Both the position numbers and the translations under genes were made by a program. 64,000 nucleotides of DNA from Octopus sinensis (lineage: Eukaryota): positions 55,490,001 to 55,554,000 of the forward strand of contig NC_043008.1 of NCBI RefSeq assembly GCF_006345805.1, in the 5' to 3' direction. Below, one piece after another: positions 34,866-47,562 of this stretch; position 1 is the stretch's first letter, and every line of letters starts with the position of its first letter. The notes under the pieces were generated by a model. The model ran no database searches. It was not told the DNA's origin and worked only from the letters and a program-made list of their open reading frames with translations.

Positions 34866-35194
34866 TCACCATTTTCATAACGTGCATCTTTAAATTAATA
34901 AATTGGTAAATATGTAATATACCTGAAGCCCTTGTCTGAACAAAAAGTATACAGAAATAAACATTCATCATCTAAGCCATCATCATCATCATCATCCTTT
35001 TTAGATGTTCCTCATTTAACTTGAACAGTCGCCAACCATCCTCACCACTGACGCTGCTGACGCCACAACAGGACCACCATTGCTGGTGACACTACCACGA
35101 TCAACATCCCTTCCTTGTTGCTGTCACAATCTTCTTATATATCCTTCTGAAATATTTATCCACCACTAACACCACTATCTCTTAGCTGCACTTT

Positions 35195-35218
35195 ACACAC
35201 ACACATACACACAGTCAT

Positions 35219-35249
<31 letters not shown>

Positions 35250-35788
35250 GACACACACACACACACATATAGACACACACACACACACACACACATATAT
35301 AATATATAGACACACACACACATATATATAGGCACACACAGACACACACACACATATATACATATACAGACACACACACACACACATATATACAGACACA
35401 CACACACACACATACATATATATACATATACAGACACACACATACATATATATACATATACAGACACACACACACACATACATATATATACAGACACACA
35501 CACACACATACATACATACATATATATACATATACAGACACACACACACACACACACATATATATACATATACAGACACACACACATACATATATATACA
35601 GACACACACACACACATACATATATATACATATACAGACACACACACACACACATACATATATATACATATACAGACACACACACACACACATACATATA
35701 TATACATATACAGACACACACACACACATATATATATATATACATATACAGACACACACACAACACACACATATATATACATATACAG

Positions 35789-35819
<31 letters not shown>

Positions 35820-35838
35820 ACATATATATATATATATG
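35195..35838. repeat. Compound microsatellite with higher-order unit TATATATACATATACAGACACACACAC
   Basis: Direct inspection; source of the 208-229 aa CVYI ORFs. Confidence 0.95.
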
Positions 35839-37104
35839 CATGCACCCGTTGCCTGGGCTATATCTCCCAACTCTTAGCTCACCACCTCACCAACCAACCA
35901 TCCATCCATCCATTTTTGTTAACTCTCCTACCTTTCACCCAAGCTTCACCACCACCGCTGCCACCACCACATACTTATACAACTACTACCACCACTGCTG
36001 TCATTGGCAACAGAACTCTCTCAATCAGCCATAAACCTATCTTCAACCTCATCCCCATCACCACCACCACACTAAAACCATAACTAGCATCATCACCACC
36101 ACCGACACCCTTTCAAACAGCCATCCTTATTAAATCTGTCTATCTACTATCACCACCACCACCACACCACCACCACCATGTAACAACTGCATTGCTGTCG
36201 CCAACACCACGACCACTACTACCAACAACAACAACCTTTCAAACACCATCCTCGTTAAATCTATTTCTCTACAGACTGCCACCATCACCACCTCCACCAC
36301 CACCACTACCACCACCCACCAACAAACACCACTACATACACCCACACTACCAGCATCCTCTTAGGCAGCCATCCTTGTAAGATTTCCATTCTACGAATAC
36401 AATAAGCATCAAAATCACCGACGCCACCACCAACCTCACCATCATCATCCTCTTAAATGTCCTCATTAAGTTGTCTTAAACAGCTCAGTTATTCAGACAC
36501 TGAGAGAAATGCTTTGCATAAGATCTGAGGATTACAAGAGCAAAATACCATCAGCATCACCATTTGTCTAAAACCTTGATGATCAGTAAAAGATGGTAAT
36601 GATTCATACAGAACATGTTCTTTCAGTGCTCCTCAACAGAAGCAGTGGCACCATTATTATTATTATTATTAGTCTTGTTAATAATTAATTATCAACAACA
36701 TTAATATTTAATTATCATTGTTATTATCAGCATCCTACGGAGGTCGAGTTTACTATTCATTTTTTTTTCTATGTGAAAAATTAATATTAGTAACAGACTG
36801 GAGTTATATATTATCTGTAAAACTATGCTTCACCGTAAAAATCTACCTTTATAACATTTATAGTAGTAGTAGTAGTAGTAGCAGCAGCAATTCAAGAATT
36901 TGGACCTGGAGATCTCCATTTCCAGCGACTTCGAGGGCCACCTCCCAGTGGTGTCGGGCGTCAACAAAGAGCCCTCAACTACAAGACGACCACCAAGTAT
37001 TTTTTTTCCAAGGTCTGGGGTCGCCCGCCCCTATGCCCTAGACCATCACCTAATCACCCTTACCCATCTTGTTGCTTAACAACAATATCAACAACAACAA
37101 CAAC

Positions 37105-37340
37105 AACAGCAAAGGTGGCAAGTTAGCAGAACCATTAGCAAGCTGGACAAAATACTGAACGGCATTTCATTTGTTTTTTATGTTATGAGTTCAAATTCCA
37201 CCAAGGCCAACTTAACCTTTCACCCCTTCAAGGTCGATAAAATAAGTACCAGTACAAAATTGAGGTTCAATATAGTCGACTGGCCCCTCTCCCACAAAAT
37301 TCCAGGCTTTGTGCCTCTATGGTAGGAAGAAGAATTAGTA
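37105..37340 (+). mobile_element. Family A SINE
   Basis: GAGTTCAAATTCC B-box and alternative tail. Confidence 0.75.
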
Positions 37341-37349
37341 AGAGTACTG

Positions 37350-37525
37350 ACCACTAAATCTACATGTTTTTTTTCATTCTCTCTGTTTATTTTCTATTAT
37401 TTCTTTCTGTTGAAGAGCATAGGCTCGAAATGTAAAAGACTATTTTTATTTTCCTAAGTGTCAGACTAATACACCTGCTTGTTGTTCATACACTTGTCTT
37501 CGTCTTTTGTTTTTCTATAAATTTC
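37350..37525 (+). mobile_element. Penelope-like pLTR remnant
   Basis: Homologous to 15040-15205 and 53005-53190. Confidence 0.6.
37402..37439 (+). ncRNA. Minimal hammerhead-like motif, core CUGUUGA
   Basis: TCTTT-CTGTTGA-A-GAGC(ATAG)GCTC-GAAAT-GTA-AAAGA; perfect 5-bp helix I. Confidence 0.55.
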
Positions 37526-37564
37526 AATTATTAGACTATCAAGCTGGCAGAACTGTTAGCACAC

Positions 37565-37623
37565 TGGAGAAAATGTTTAGTTGTCAAGCGATGCTAGAGG
37601 AACAAACACAGACACACAAACAT

Positions 37624-37654
<31 letters not shown>

Positions 37655-37835
37655 CACACACACACATATATATGACAGGCTTCTTTCAGTTTCCGTCTAC
37701 CAAATCCACTCACAAGGCTTTGGTTGGCCTGAGGCTATAGTAGAAGACACTTGCCCAAGGTGCCATGCAGTGGGAATGAACCCAGAACCATATGGTTGGT
37801 AAGCAAGTTGCTTACCACACAGCCACTCTTGTGCC
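37565..37835 (-). mobile_element. Family B SINE
   Basis: Core and head motifs in reverse. Confidence 0.85.
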
Positions 37836-38720
37836 TATAAACTGGCAAAATCATTGGAACATCAGACAAAATGCTTTGCAGAATTTGTTCCAACTTTTTC
37901 AATCTTAAATTCAATTCCCATCAAAGTCAACTTTGCTTGTGATCCCTCTGATATTGAAATAAAATAAAGTATTGATCAAGTACTGAGAGGTCGATGGTAA
38001 TGACTAATCTTTTCCCTTCAAAATTGCCGGTCTTGAGCCTAAATCAAAAACCGGTGGTGGTGGTGGTGGTGGTGGTAATGAGGGTAGAGAATAGGTAGAT
38101 TCCACAAAATACCTTGCCTCATTTAGTTCTTATTTACATTTTGAGATGGGGTGTCTGAGGGCTATGGTTGGTGTGACACGGATTGAGAGGACGAGGAATG
38201 AGGAGGTGCGAAGAGAAAAAAAACGAGAGAAAAACTAACAACCAAATACATTTTGGGGTTCAAATCCTGCTGAGGCCAACTTTGCTTTTTTTTCTTCTAG
38301 GAGACGGGAGGAGAAGGGTTGATAAAATAAAGTACCAGTCAAATACCAGGTTAAATTTAATCAAATGTTTACCAAGGTTCCCTCTAATCTTTCAGTAGCC
38401 AATGCACACAAATATCCTGTTGCGTAAACTTTGCTTCCTGTGACATGCATAACAAATGCTTAATGAAAAAATAATTGTTAATCTCTCCTTTATCTTAGAT
38501 AATTAACCTGTGCACACAAATTTCTTCTGTGCATTAGTTGCACAAAATAAATTAATGCATGCACAGAAATTAATGGGCATACAGCTTCAAGAAGACAGTA
38601 TTCACACCCGACTACCATCCCTGAAGTGTGTTGTCTTGTTCCTTATGTTAGAGATTTAATCATTTGTAGCGACATTAGTATGAGGAGGCAGCAAATTTGC
38701 AGAAATCAAACTTGCATTAA

Positions 38721-38947
38721 CCCCTTAGCATGTAAACTGGCCATATTTGGCCAAAATATTATCCTTGTTTTACACTGAAACTGGTCAGATCCAGCCTCTC
38801 ACACCTATGTCACAATGTCATTCTTAAAATAAACAATGATGTCATCAACATTGTGAAGCAATTTCTCATTGTAATGCATGATTGATTCAAAAGAATTTGA
38901 ATAAATAAGCATTAACATTTGATAGCTAAAACCTGAAAGCTAAAGGG
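38721..38947. mobile_element. piggyBac-type MITE
   Basis: TTAA-CCCCTTAGC...GCTAAAGGG-TTAA; body homologous to 8699-8915. Confidence 0.8.
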
Positions 38948-39074
38948 TTAAATAAAGTTGCCATTTTCCAACCTTTGTAGCTTGGCATCCCCCTTTCACC
39001 AAACGGTGCTTTACAAATATTCCCCCTTTCTCATGTCTTACAAAAAGGAGAGCAAGAAGAAAAAAAAACAGATT

Positions 39075-39450
39075 AGGCGTAAGAGTGGCTGTGTGGTAAG
39101 TATAGGCATAGGAGTGGCTGTGTGGTAAGTAGCTTGCTTACCAACCACATGGTTCCGGGTTCAGTCCCACTGTGTGGCACCTTGGGCAAGTGTCTTCTAC
39201 TATAGCCTCGGGCTGACCAAAGCCTTGTGAGTGGATTTGGTAGACGGAAACTGAAAGAAGCCCGTCGTATATATGTATATGTATGTGTGTGTGTGTGTGT
39301 GTATATGTTAGTGTGTCTGTGTTTGTCCCCACCAATATCGCTTAACAACCGATGCTGGTGTGTTTACATCCCCATAACTTAGCGGTTCGGCACAGTGGGA
39401 CCGAACCTGGAACCATGTGGCTGGCTTCTTAACCCACACAGCCATGCCTC
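39075..39450 (+). mobile_element. Family B SINE with duplicated head and an inverted head replacing the tail
   Basis: After GCGGTTCGGC (about 39390) the sequence switches to the reverse complement of the head. Confidence 0.8.
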
Positions 39451-39536
39451 TCCATTACAAATCTATGTAGATCTCCGTTTTAAAAATCTCAAACTTAAAC
39501 AACCAAAAGCATGCCTCTCACCACCCATGCACTCAC

Positions 39537-39644
39537 CTCATCTAGCGTATTCCCAAACGTGATCCACCACAAATGAATGAGAGCACTTAAAGCTGATGTA
39601 CGAAAACAATGTGAAGGCCACACAACTAAACACAAGACCAACAT
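39537..39644 (-). CDS. Candidate first coding exon with signal-peptide-like leader
   Basis: In-frame stop then ATG; MLVLCLVVWPSHCFRTSALSALIHLWWITFGNTLDE followed by the consensus donor GAG|GTGAGT (phase 0); non-repetitive context. Confidence 0.3.
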
Positions 39645-40786
39645 TTAGCCAAGAAATGGCAATCTGCTCCTCTCCTGCTCCACTCCTCAAACATGCGCTC
39701 CTACATGAAATGTTTACATTGATCGACATATAGGTACCAACCTGTCCTCTCCAAATTATTATCAATTGTCAAAGCGAGTTAGCAGAAATGATAGAGGTGC
39801 TTCCCTAGAGAATTTTACTTTAACTCTGCTTTTAGCAATCATTAAAGTAAACACTAGGATTATGTAGCTGGAGCCAAATCACTCAATCAATCAATCAATC
39901 AATGGATCGATAAATCAACCATCCACTCCCCTGTGCGGAACAGGTCCTTGTCGTCGGTCAAAAGAATTCATTATCATCCATATTGTTGTTATTTACATTG
40001 TCCTAGCAAGAACCATAGAATAGCAGTAAGCTCCGTATTAACAGATATAATCAAATGAATTGATTATATTAACTCATTTTTAAAAGGAGGAAAAAAAACA
40101 ACAGAATAACAACAAACATAAAAAATAAAAATTATTAAAAAAAAAGTATTGTGCCATGTTGGAAGAAATTGTTATTCTCAGTACATTCAATAACACAAGT
40201 TCAGAACACAGCTTTTCCAGTTGTAGCGCTGACAATCGATTCTCTATATTCTAAGTGCTTAAGAAGATAGGCTGGCTTATATTTATAACAGGAGATATTG
40301 TAATGTAAAGGTTATTGATTGACGGCAGATAAAGTGTGACAGAGGGGAGAGAAAGAGAGAGAGGGGTTTGTTGAGGTGAGGCATGTACATAGATATATTC
40401 GTTTATTAATACATACTGATTTTTCTCTGTCTGCACAAGGCCTTAGGGTTTTTAGAAGAGACAAAATAAGACTACAAAGTACTTATTGTTGTAATTTTAG
40501 AGACATTTTAATTTTTATTCTCAAGTCCTAGGACTCAGAAGGCTAGTTACCAAGTTTCCATGGTGGAAAAGTGACTGAGATCACAACATTCCCCTCGAAC
40601 AGGCCACCAGTCTGCTGTGGGCTCTAAAGGCAAGTCATTTTCGAGAAGAGGGCACAAGTTGATTGCATGCTTTCAAGTTTAGTCATACAGCACATCACTG
40701 TGGGCAAGTGTCTTCTATCACAGTCAATGGACTCACCAAAGACTTATGAGTAGATTTGGTAGACAGAAACTAAAGAAACCCATCAG

Positions 40787-40818
<32 letters not shown>

Positions 40819-40834
40819 ACGCGCATGTGTGTAT

Positions 40835-41045
40835 CATCATCATTTAACATGTATTGTCCATGCTGGCATGGTTGGACGGTTTGACTGGACTGGCACACTG
40901 GAAAGCTGTACCACACTCCAGTCTGATTTGGCATGGTTTTCTTTGGCTCGATGCCCTTCCTAACACCAACCACTCCAAGAGTGAAATGGGTGCTTTTACG
41001 GGCCACCGGCACGGGTGCCAATTGCATGACATTGGTATCTGCCAC
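40835..41045 (-). mobile_element. Family F retroposon
   Basis: GGGTGCTTTTACGGGCCACCGGCACG reverse subrepeat. Confidence 0.8.
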
Positions 41046-41984
41046 GACAGCAATTTAGTATATATATATGTCTACACACACACACAAGTGAGTAGACAAA
41101 CGAGAGAAGGGTACTCAACACACATTTATTGGGAGTTACATGTATGGATCAAAACTGTTTGATTTAAGCTCCTTGGTACTCTGAGTTTCAAGCATGTGGT
41201 TAGTCTTTGGCCAACACCAACATCAAACTGCTATACCGCATGACCTTTCTTGACCAATCGCAGGCTTACATCCAGTAATAAACATTGACTTTTCTTCAAT
41301 AAAACTCTCATTCAGACCCCCAATGGCGAAAGACTAGCCATATGCTTGAAACTCTGGAGTCTGAATCAAATTGTTCATATATATATATATATATATATAT
41401 ATTAAAGTATTTGGCAATAGGAAGGGCATCCAGCCATAGAAACCAAACCAAATCAGATTGGAACCTGGTACAGCTCTCCTGCTTACCAGCTCTTGTCAGG
41501 CTGTTCAAACTATGGCAGCATGGAAAACAGGCATTAAAGGATGATGATAATGATACATATATATATATTTATACATTCAACTGAGTAAACAAACAAAAGA
41601 AAGAGGCACTCAACACATTTAGTAGTTGTAACATATATCATTATTTAAAACAGCTTAATTCAACTCCATGTTATGTTCCTATGATATGCCTATGAAACTT
41701 TAAGCTGCACTGGGCCAAATCAAACTCTTATACAAAGGTTTTCCTGAAAAGATCCTGGTTTTGGGTGAAAGAGAATACAGAAGGATCAATTGATTATGAT
41801 CTTATTCAACATATTCCTCTTTTCAGATTCACACACTTATTGCAGTAGACCTTCAGTTTTTCTAAGCCCTGTAAAAGGGCTCAGAAGGTTGGGCCTCTAA
41901 CAAGGCCTTTCACGATACCCTTAAAGCCAGGAACTTTACAGCCCCTCTTCATATACACATATACAAATATGTGTGTAGATATGT

Positions 41985-42205
41985 ATGTGCTTGTGTCTCT
42001 TTATCTTGGCATTGTATAATTCTTGTAAATGAACATCATTCATTTCCAGTATTCTGCAAAGAACGTGTCTGGCCATGGGAAAATTTTACATTACTTGCAA
42101 ACAGGTATGGGTTAGCAACAGGAAGAACACCCAGCCATAGAAAATCTGCCATGGCAACCTTCATTTAACCCATGCAAGCATTTAAAAGTGAACGTCAAAA
42201 TTATG
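41985..42205 (+). mobile_element. Family I retroposon tail
   Basis: GTCTGGCCATGGGAAAAT...CCCATGCAAGCAT. Confidence 0.7.
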
Positions 42206-42864
42206 AAGTCGATGACACCAAACGCAGGTCAACAAAAGACAGTACCATCCACTTATTTTACTAGGATAAATTCAAATAAGTGCAACCTTTCAGACAGAAA
42301 GTAGCCTCATACATTGTTAAGCGAGTTGACCTAATCATTCAGAATATAGCAGACACATATTTCAAATTCAGAGATGATGAGATTGTGTGTAGTTTTAACC
42401 TAATGAACATTAGCTCTGGGCCGGACCAAAAGAAATCAATACCAGCCCCAGGTAGAATGAAGACAGTTGAGATTAAATGCTCTTAGAAATTTATTTAATT
42501 TGACACTACTGCTTCTTCAGCTAACCAACCTGAAGGGAATCGATATTATTCCAAGGATTTATCTTCATTTTACATTATTGACAACTTCAAATGTTACACA
42601 ATTATTATCACTGCCACCACCACCAATTCAAGTATATTTCATTTTTCTTCTTCATTCAGTCAAATATTAACTTTACCAATCTTCATTAAATTCTTTTCTG
42701 TAAAATAGACGCATACACACTCGCATGTTGTGTCAAAGAATGAACATGTGCAAGTACATAAGTTCTAATGTATAAAAGTTACAAGCATATTCACACATCT
42801 GTTTCTTATTTCCTGACTAAGTGGGTGAATTAAGAGAAATTACACACACACACACACTTCTTGC

Positions 42865-43017
42865 TTGCTTGCTCATTTCATGCTCTTTCTTGATGAGGCT
42901 GGGGTCATCCTAGGTTAGTCGTTCCAGAAGCATCATCATGAATAGAGCTGACTAGGTCCACAAGTGCTCTCCATTGCTGGTAGTCCTGTGCCAGCCCCTC
43001 TGCATCTTCATGCATAT
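42865..43017 (-). mobile_element. RTE-type LINE extreme 3' end
   Basis: Minus strand HEDAEGLAQDYQQWRALVDLVSS ('AQDR..WR.LV' C-terminal motif), then (GCAA)n tail. Confidence 0.7.
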
Positions 43018-43165
43018 ATATCATCATCGTTTAACGTCCGCTTTCCATGCTAGCATGGGTTGGACGATTTGACTGAGGTCTGGCAAACAAGATGGCTGCA
43101 CCAGACTCCAATCTGATCTGGCAGGGTTTCTACAGTTGGATGCCCTTCCTAATGCCAACCATACA
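43018..43165 (-). mobile_element. Family F 3' end
   Basis: CCATGCTAGCATGG, GGATGCCCTTCCT. Confidence 0.8.
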
Positions 43166-44623
43166 CACGCATACATATATATATATAAATACACATATGC
43201 ATATATATATATATGCACACAGATACATCATTGTTATTGTTTAACGTCCACCTTCCATGCTGGCATGGGTTGGATGGTTTGACAGGAGCTGGCTAGGAGA
43301 CTGCACCACACTTCTGTGTATACATACACATATGCATACATACATGCATACACTCACATCTACATACACATGTACATACAAGTAAAGTCATGACTATGTT
43401 CTTAAGAAGTCCATTTTCCACTCACATGTTGCAGGTACTGCACAGTGGGACTGAGCCAAAAAGAGTGTATCTTCTACTACAACACTGGGCTGACCAAAAT
43501 CCCATGAAACTGAAAGAAGACCATTGTGTGTGTGTCCCCATATACATTCACACCAGAACTGAATGAGTTGCAAATGCAACTTCAAAAAAGATGAATTGTT
43601 GCTGAAGATGGTGGAATTCTTGAGACAACTTGTTAACTGGTTTGGTGTCTGGCACATAAAAAAAAGAAAGCATTTTACTTTTTTTACAGCCAGAGCTTTT
43701 ACTTGTACATATATATCATCATCATCATCATTCTTATTTCATTTGAAATAAATTGCTACAATCATTATTGTAATTTTTGTGAAGTCAGTCCATACATAAC
43801 TTCCAATTTGTTTTGCAACCCCCTCGCTCTATCCCTCTGTATGTATCTACGCACAAACACACATTTCTCAACAAGGTCATTAAAGAAACTAAGCTACCAC
43901 TTCCAAAATTTGAAAAAAAAAGAAAAAAAAATCACAAGAAGTTTGTTTAGTAGAAAATGGAAAGAAAATTATGAATTGCCAACTTTAAATTTCTCTTAAG
44001 AAAATTTTCCACTATTAAATTTTTATGTGACTTTCTTCACAATAAAGAAACACCACGTATCTGTCTACCGATCTATCGATGTTTCTACCTCAATTTTTCA
44101 CAAATAACCAAGACAGCTCAAAAGCACTGTCCACTTCAGTTCCATTTAATCATTTCAGAAAGTAGTTAAATGGTTATTTTCTTAAAGCCATTTTAAACTT
44201 CATTTTATTATTGAACAGTTAGTCATGAATGAAGAACACGCAATTTCACAAAGCCAAGCAAGCAAAGTAGTGGCAGCATTCTACCACTGTTTTTATCTTG
44301 ATCTCTCACATAATAAACCCCCACCCTCTGTGCGTGTGAAAGAGAGAGAGAGAGAGTTCTTTTAAATGAAGTCCATTTTGAAATGGAAAGAAAATGATGA
44401 ACCTCTGTTCTTTAAATTTTTCTTAAGAAAACTTAAGAATACATATTCTTTTTTTTCAGTTCAATTTTAGTAAATTACTTTCCTTTACAACACTACAAAC
44501 ATATTTCCATCATATATATTGTATATTGCTTTTAGTAGAGTTGTCAATGCATCAGACAAAGGATTTTGTCAGTCAAAGTCAATTTAACTATATCAAGAGG
44601 ATCTTACAGGTATCCTAATTATG

Positions 44624-44906
44624 TTTGTTCCTTCTCGAGCCATGCCTGGCTCATAAGGGCCAGTTTCCCGGTTTTCTTGGCGTATAGGTTCCCCACCTGG
44701 ACGGTACGCCAGTCCTTTGCAGGAGGAAAGAGTGAGAGAAAGTTGTGGCAAAAGAGTCAGTAGAAGTTCGCCATTACCTTCTGCTGGAGCCACATGTAGC
44801 TTAGGTGTTTCACTCATAAACATACACATCGGCTGGTCTGAGATTCAAACCTGCGATCCCTCGACCACAAGTCCGCTACTCTAACCATTAGGCCATGTGC
44901 CTCCAC
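44624..44906 (-). mobile_element. Family D SINE
   Basis: Reverse complement of 8366-8661; 13-bp TSD TATCCTAATTATG (44611-44623, 44907-44919). Confidence 0.9.
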
Positions 44907-45139
44907 TATCCTAATTATGGAAACGAAAAATTCACATTGTCAAAATTTCCTGTTTCTGGATTATTGTACACAGAAAAATGTTAAAAACTAAAATGTATTT
45001 TGATTTATGAAATGTTTCTTTTATTTCGATATTGTTTTATCTTCTTTTACTTAATTTCTTTCTTGAATATATACCTGTATTTCAATGAAACAAAGTATTA
45101 CTTATTCTAGACATTAAAACAATAGCTCATGCACTAATT

Positions 45140-45530
45140 CTTTTATTCTTTCACTTGTTTCAGTCATTTCACTGCGGCCATGCTGGAGCACCACCTTTAG
45201 TCGAACAAATCAACCCCAGGGCTTTCTTTGTAAGACTAGTACTGAGGAATTTCAACCGTGTTTCGTGGTCTGCTACCACAATAGCTTCTTTATAGGATTC
45301 AGTTAGCTCAAGACATCATCAGGAGGAACCACGTCCGGTTTCAGCCCCTACTTCTCTACCATTTTGACGTGGCAGGGCCCCTTCCTTTCGGAGGTGTCTT
45401 CAGCTCTGGTGTTGGGTGCATGTCTTCCCTCTATCAGTCCCTTTTGCCAAACTGCTAAGTTATGGGGACATAAACACACCAACATTGGTTGTCAAGCAAT
45501 GGTAGGAGGACAAACACAGACACAAACATT
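45140..45530 (-). mobile_element. Family B tail split by a 186-bp GC-rich insertion (45244-45429)
   Basis: AGTACT| insert |TCTATCAGTCCCTTTTGCC rejoins to the B consensus. Confidence 0.75.
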
Positions 45531-46084
45531 GGTTACCATTGGTTTCCAACCTGTTATTGCACCAGGCAATACTTAATGACTCTTCAGATGTGTTCTGGTT
45601 ATGCCAAATACTAATCAACAATATAACAGTATAAACCACTCAAATTCTCTCTCAGAGAGAATCTTTTTTCTGACTTATGAACAGCTGACCGATTCATGTA
45701 CACACAAATATATGTCCAGCCAATGAATGCTAGCAGGTCAAAAGTTCAAAGTTACTGTCACCATTCTTCTAAAATATTGATAAACAAGTACTCAACTAAG
45801 AAGTGGTGAGTAATCTTTCAGTTTAATGTTAAATTGTTTTTATTATAACTTGACATAAAAACAAGCAATAATATTTACTTAATATGCATTGTTAAACGCT
45901 TTTAGACTGCATGCCTCTAACTCAAAAATGAATACCCACACACACACACATACACACATATATATATATACATATTTATGTTTGCTTTTATGTATAGCTA
46001 TTATAAAAAAAAACAGTGAAACATTAAGAGAAGGATCAAACAATACATTTAAGTGGAGAATGACATTCTTTTTGGCGGTAAAGG

Positions 46085-46135
46085 TTGACAGTAACTTCAA
46101 AGTTTCACCGTCATTGGCTTCATCAGTCTGACAAA
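46085..46135 (-). ncRNA. Type I hammerhead ribozyme motif with canonical core (PLE-type)
   Basis: TTGTCAGA-CTGATGA-A-GCC(AATGAC)GGT-GAAACTTTGAAGTT-ACTGTCAA; helix I pairs at 6 of 8 positions. Confidence 0.65.
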
Positions 46136-46264
46136 GTTGATAACATCAAAACTGAAGTCACAGTCAAATCTTTTTATTGTACTTATATGTGCATATATGC
46201 ATGTAAGCGTGTATATGTATGTATGTACATGTAAGTGGGTATAATATGTAGGTAGGTAAAGAGC

Positions 46265-46570
46265 CCATTCAGTCATGAATGACCATGGGATTGCATCTAG
46301 AAAGTTCCCCTCCGAGGCACAAGTCCAGGCAATGTTGTTTATGGAAGACCAGCAGTTGCCCACGCATACCAGCTTCCCCTCTCCACACCACTGATGTTAT
46401 CCAAAGGAAAGGCAAAGGACAATACAGCTTGGCACCAGTGACATCACAACTCATTTCTACAGCTGAGTGTGAACTAGAGCAATATGAAATGAAGTCCGGT
46501 CCAGGAATTGAACTTACTACCTCATGATTGTGAGCTCAACGCTCTAACCACTGAGCCATAGGCCTTCACT
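46265..46570 (-). mobile_element. Family H tRNA-derived SINE with RTE-like tail
   Basis: TGGCTCAGTGG / AGTTCAATTCC boxes; tail CCCATGGTCATTCATGACTGAATGG. Confidence 0.8.
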
Positions 46571-47324
46571 AAGTAGATAGATAGGTGTTTGTATATTAAT
46601 ATTGGTCTCTCCCTATATCTTGGGCACCACTCAACAAACAATAGTTAGTTGGTTGGTTGGTTGGTTATTTGTCATCTTAGCAGTTTAGCAAAATTCCAAT
46701 AGATTAAGTACAAAATTAGTACTAGAGTCAATTTGGTCGACTAAACCCTTCAAGGCAATGCTCCAGCTTGGCTACAGTTTATCCAAAGACTGAAACCAAT
46801 AACAGAGCAATCAGTTGAATGACCTTTGTTTGGATTCATTATCATCACTAAAAATAAACACCAACTCTGCATTGACATTGATTCAAACAAGGAGTGTATA
46901 TATATATACACACATATGCCCTCTATGGCCTTGACACAAAACTAAAGGATTATTGCTTATATAATAATAAAGTTGTAAAATGATTAACAATGGGCCAACA
47001 GTACTTCTTTATTTGTCCTATATATTTAGTGCTACATTTTCTTTTTTATTGTATATGTGTAAATAAAAACAGAGTAAGGTCTTAACATTGACATGTGACG
47101 GAAAAAGAAAAACAAACAGAACAGAGACCAATAGTAAAAAAAAAAACAAGACTTAAAGGCAACATTTATCTTCTTTTGCCCACACACAAGACCGATTGTT
47201 AATAGAAATATATATTCTATTACATGAACCCTAGCATTTTAACAGTACTTTATTATTTTTAATATGATCATTTCTTCCACTTGTACGACTACTATGACTA
47301 ACATTATTAGTAAAAAAATAAATG

Positions 47325-47562
47325 CACCCTTTTAAAGCCTAGCCAGGCTCATGGGCTCGGTTTCTATGGCGTATGTGTTCTCCAGCTGGACGGGACACCA
47401 GTCCATTGCAGAGTTACTCACTTTTGCCAGCTGAGTGGACTGGAGCAACGTGAAATGAAGTGTTTTGCTCAAGAACACAACGCGTCGCCCAGTCCAGGAA
47501 TCGAAACCACAATCTTGCGATCATGATGCTGACACACTAACCACTAAGCCACGCACCTCCAT
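47325..47562 (-). mobile_element. Family C SINE
   Basis: Reverse complement of 14750-14995. Confidence 0.85.
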
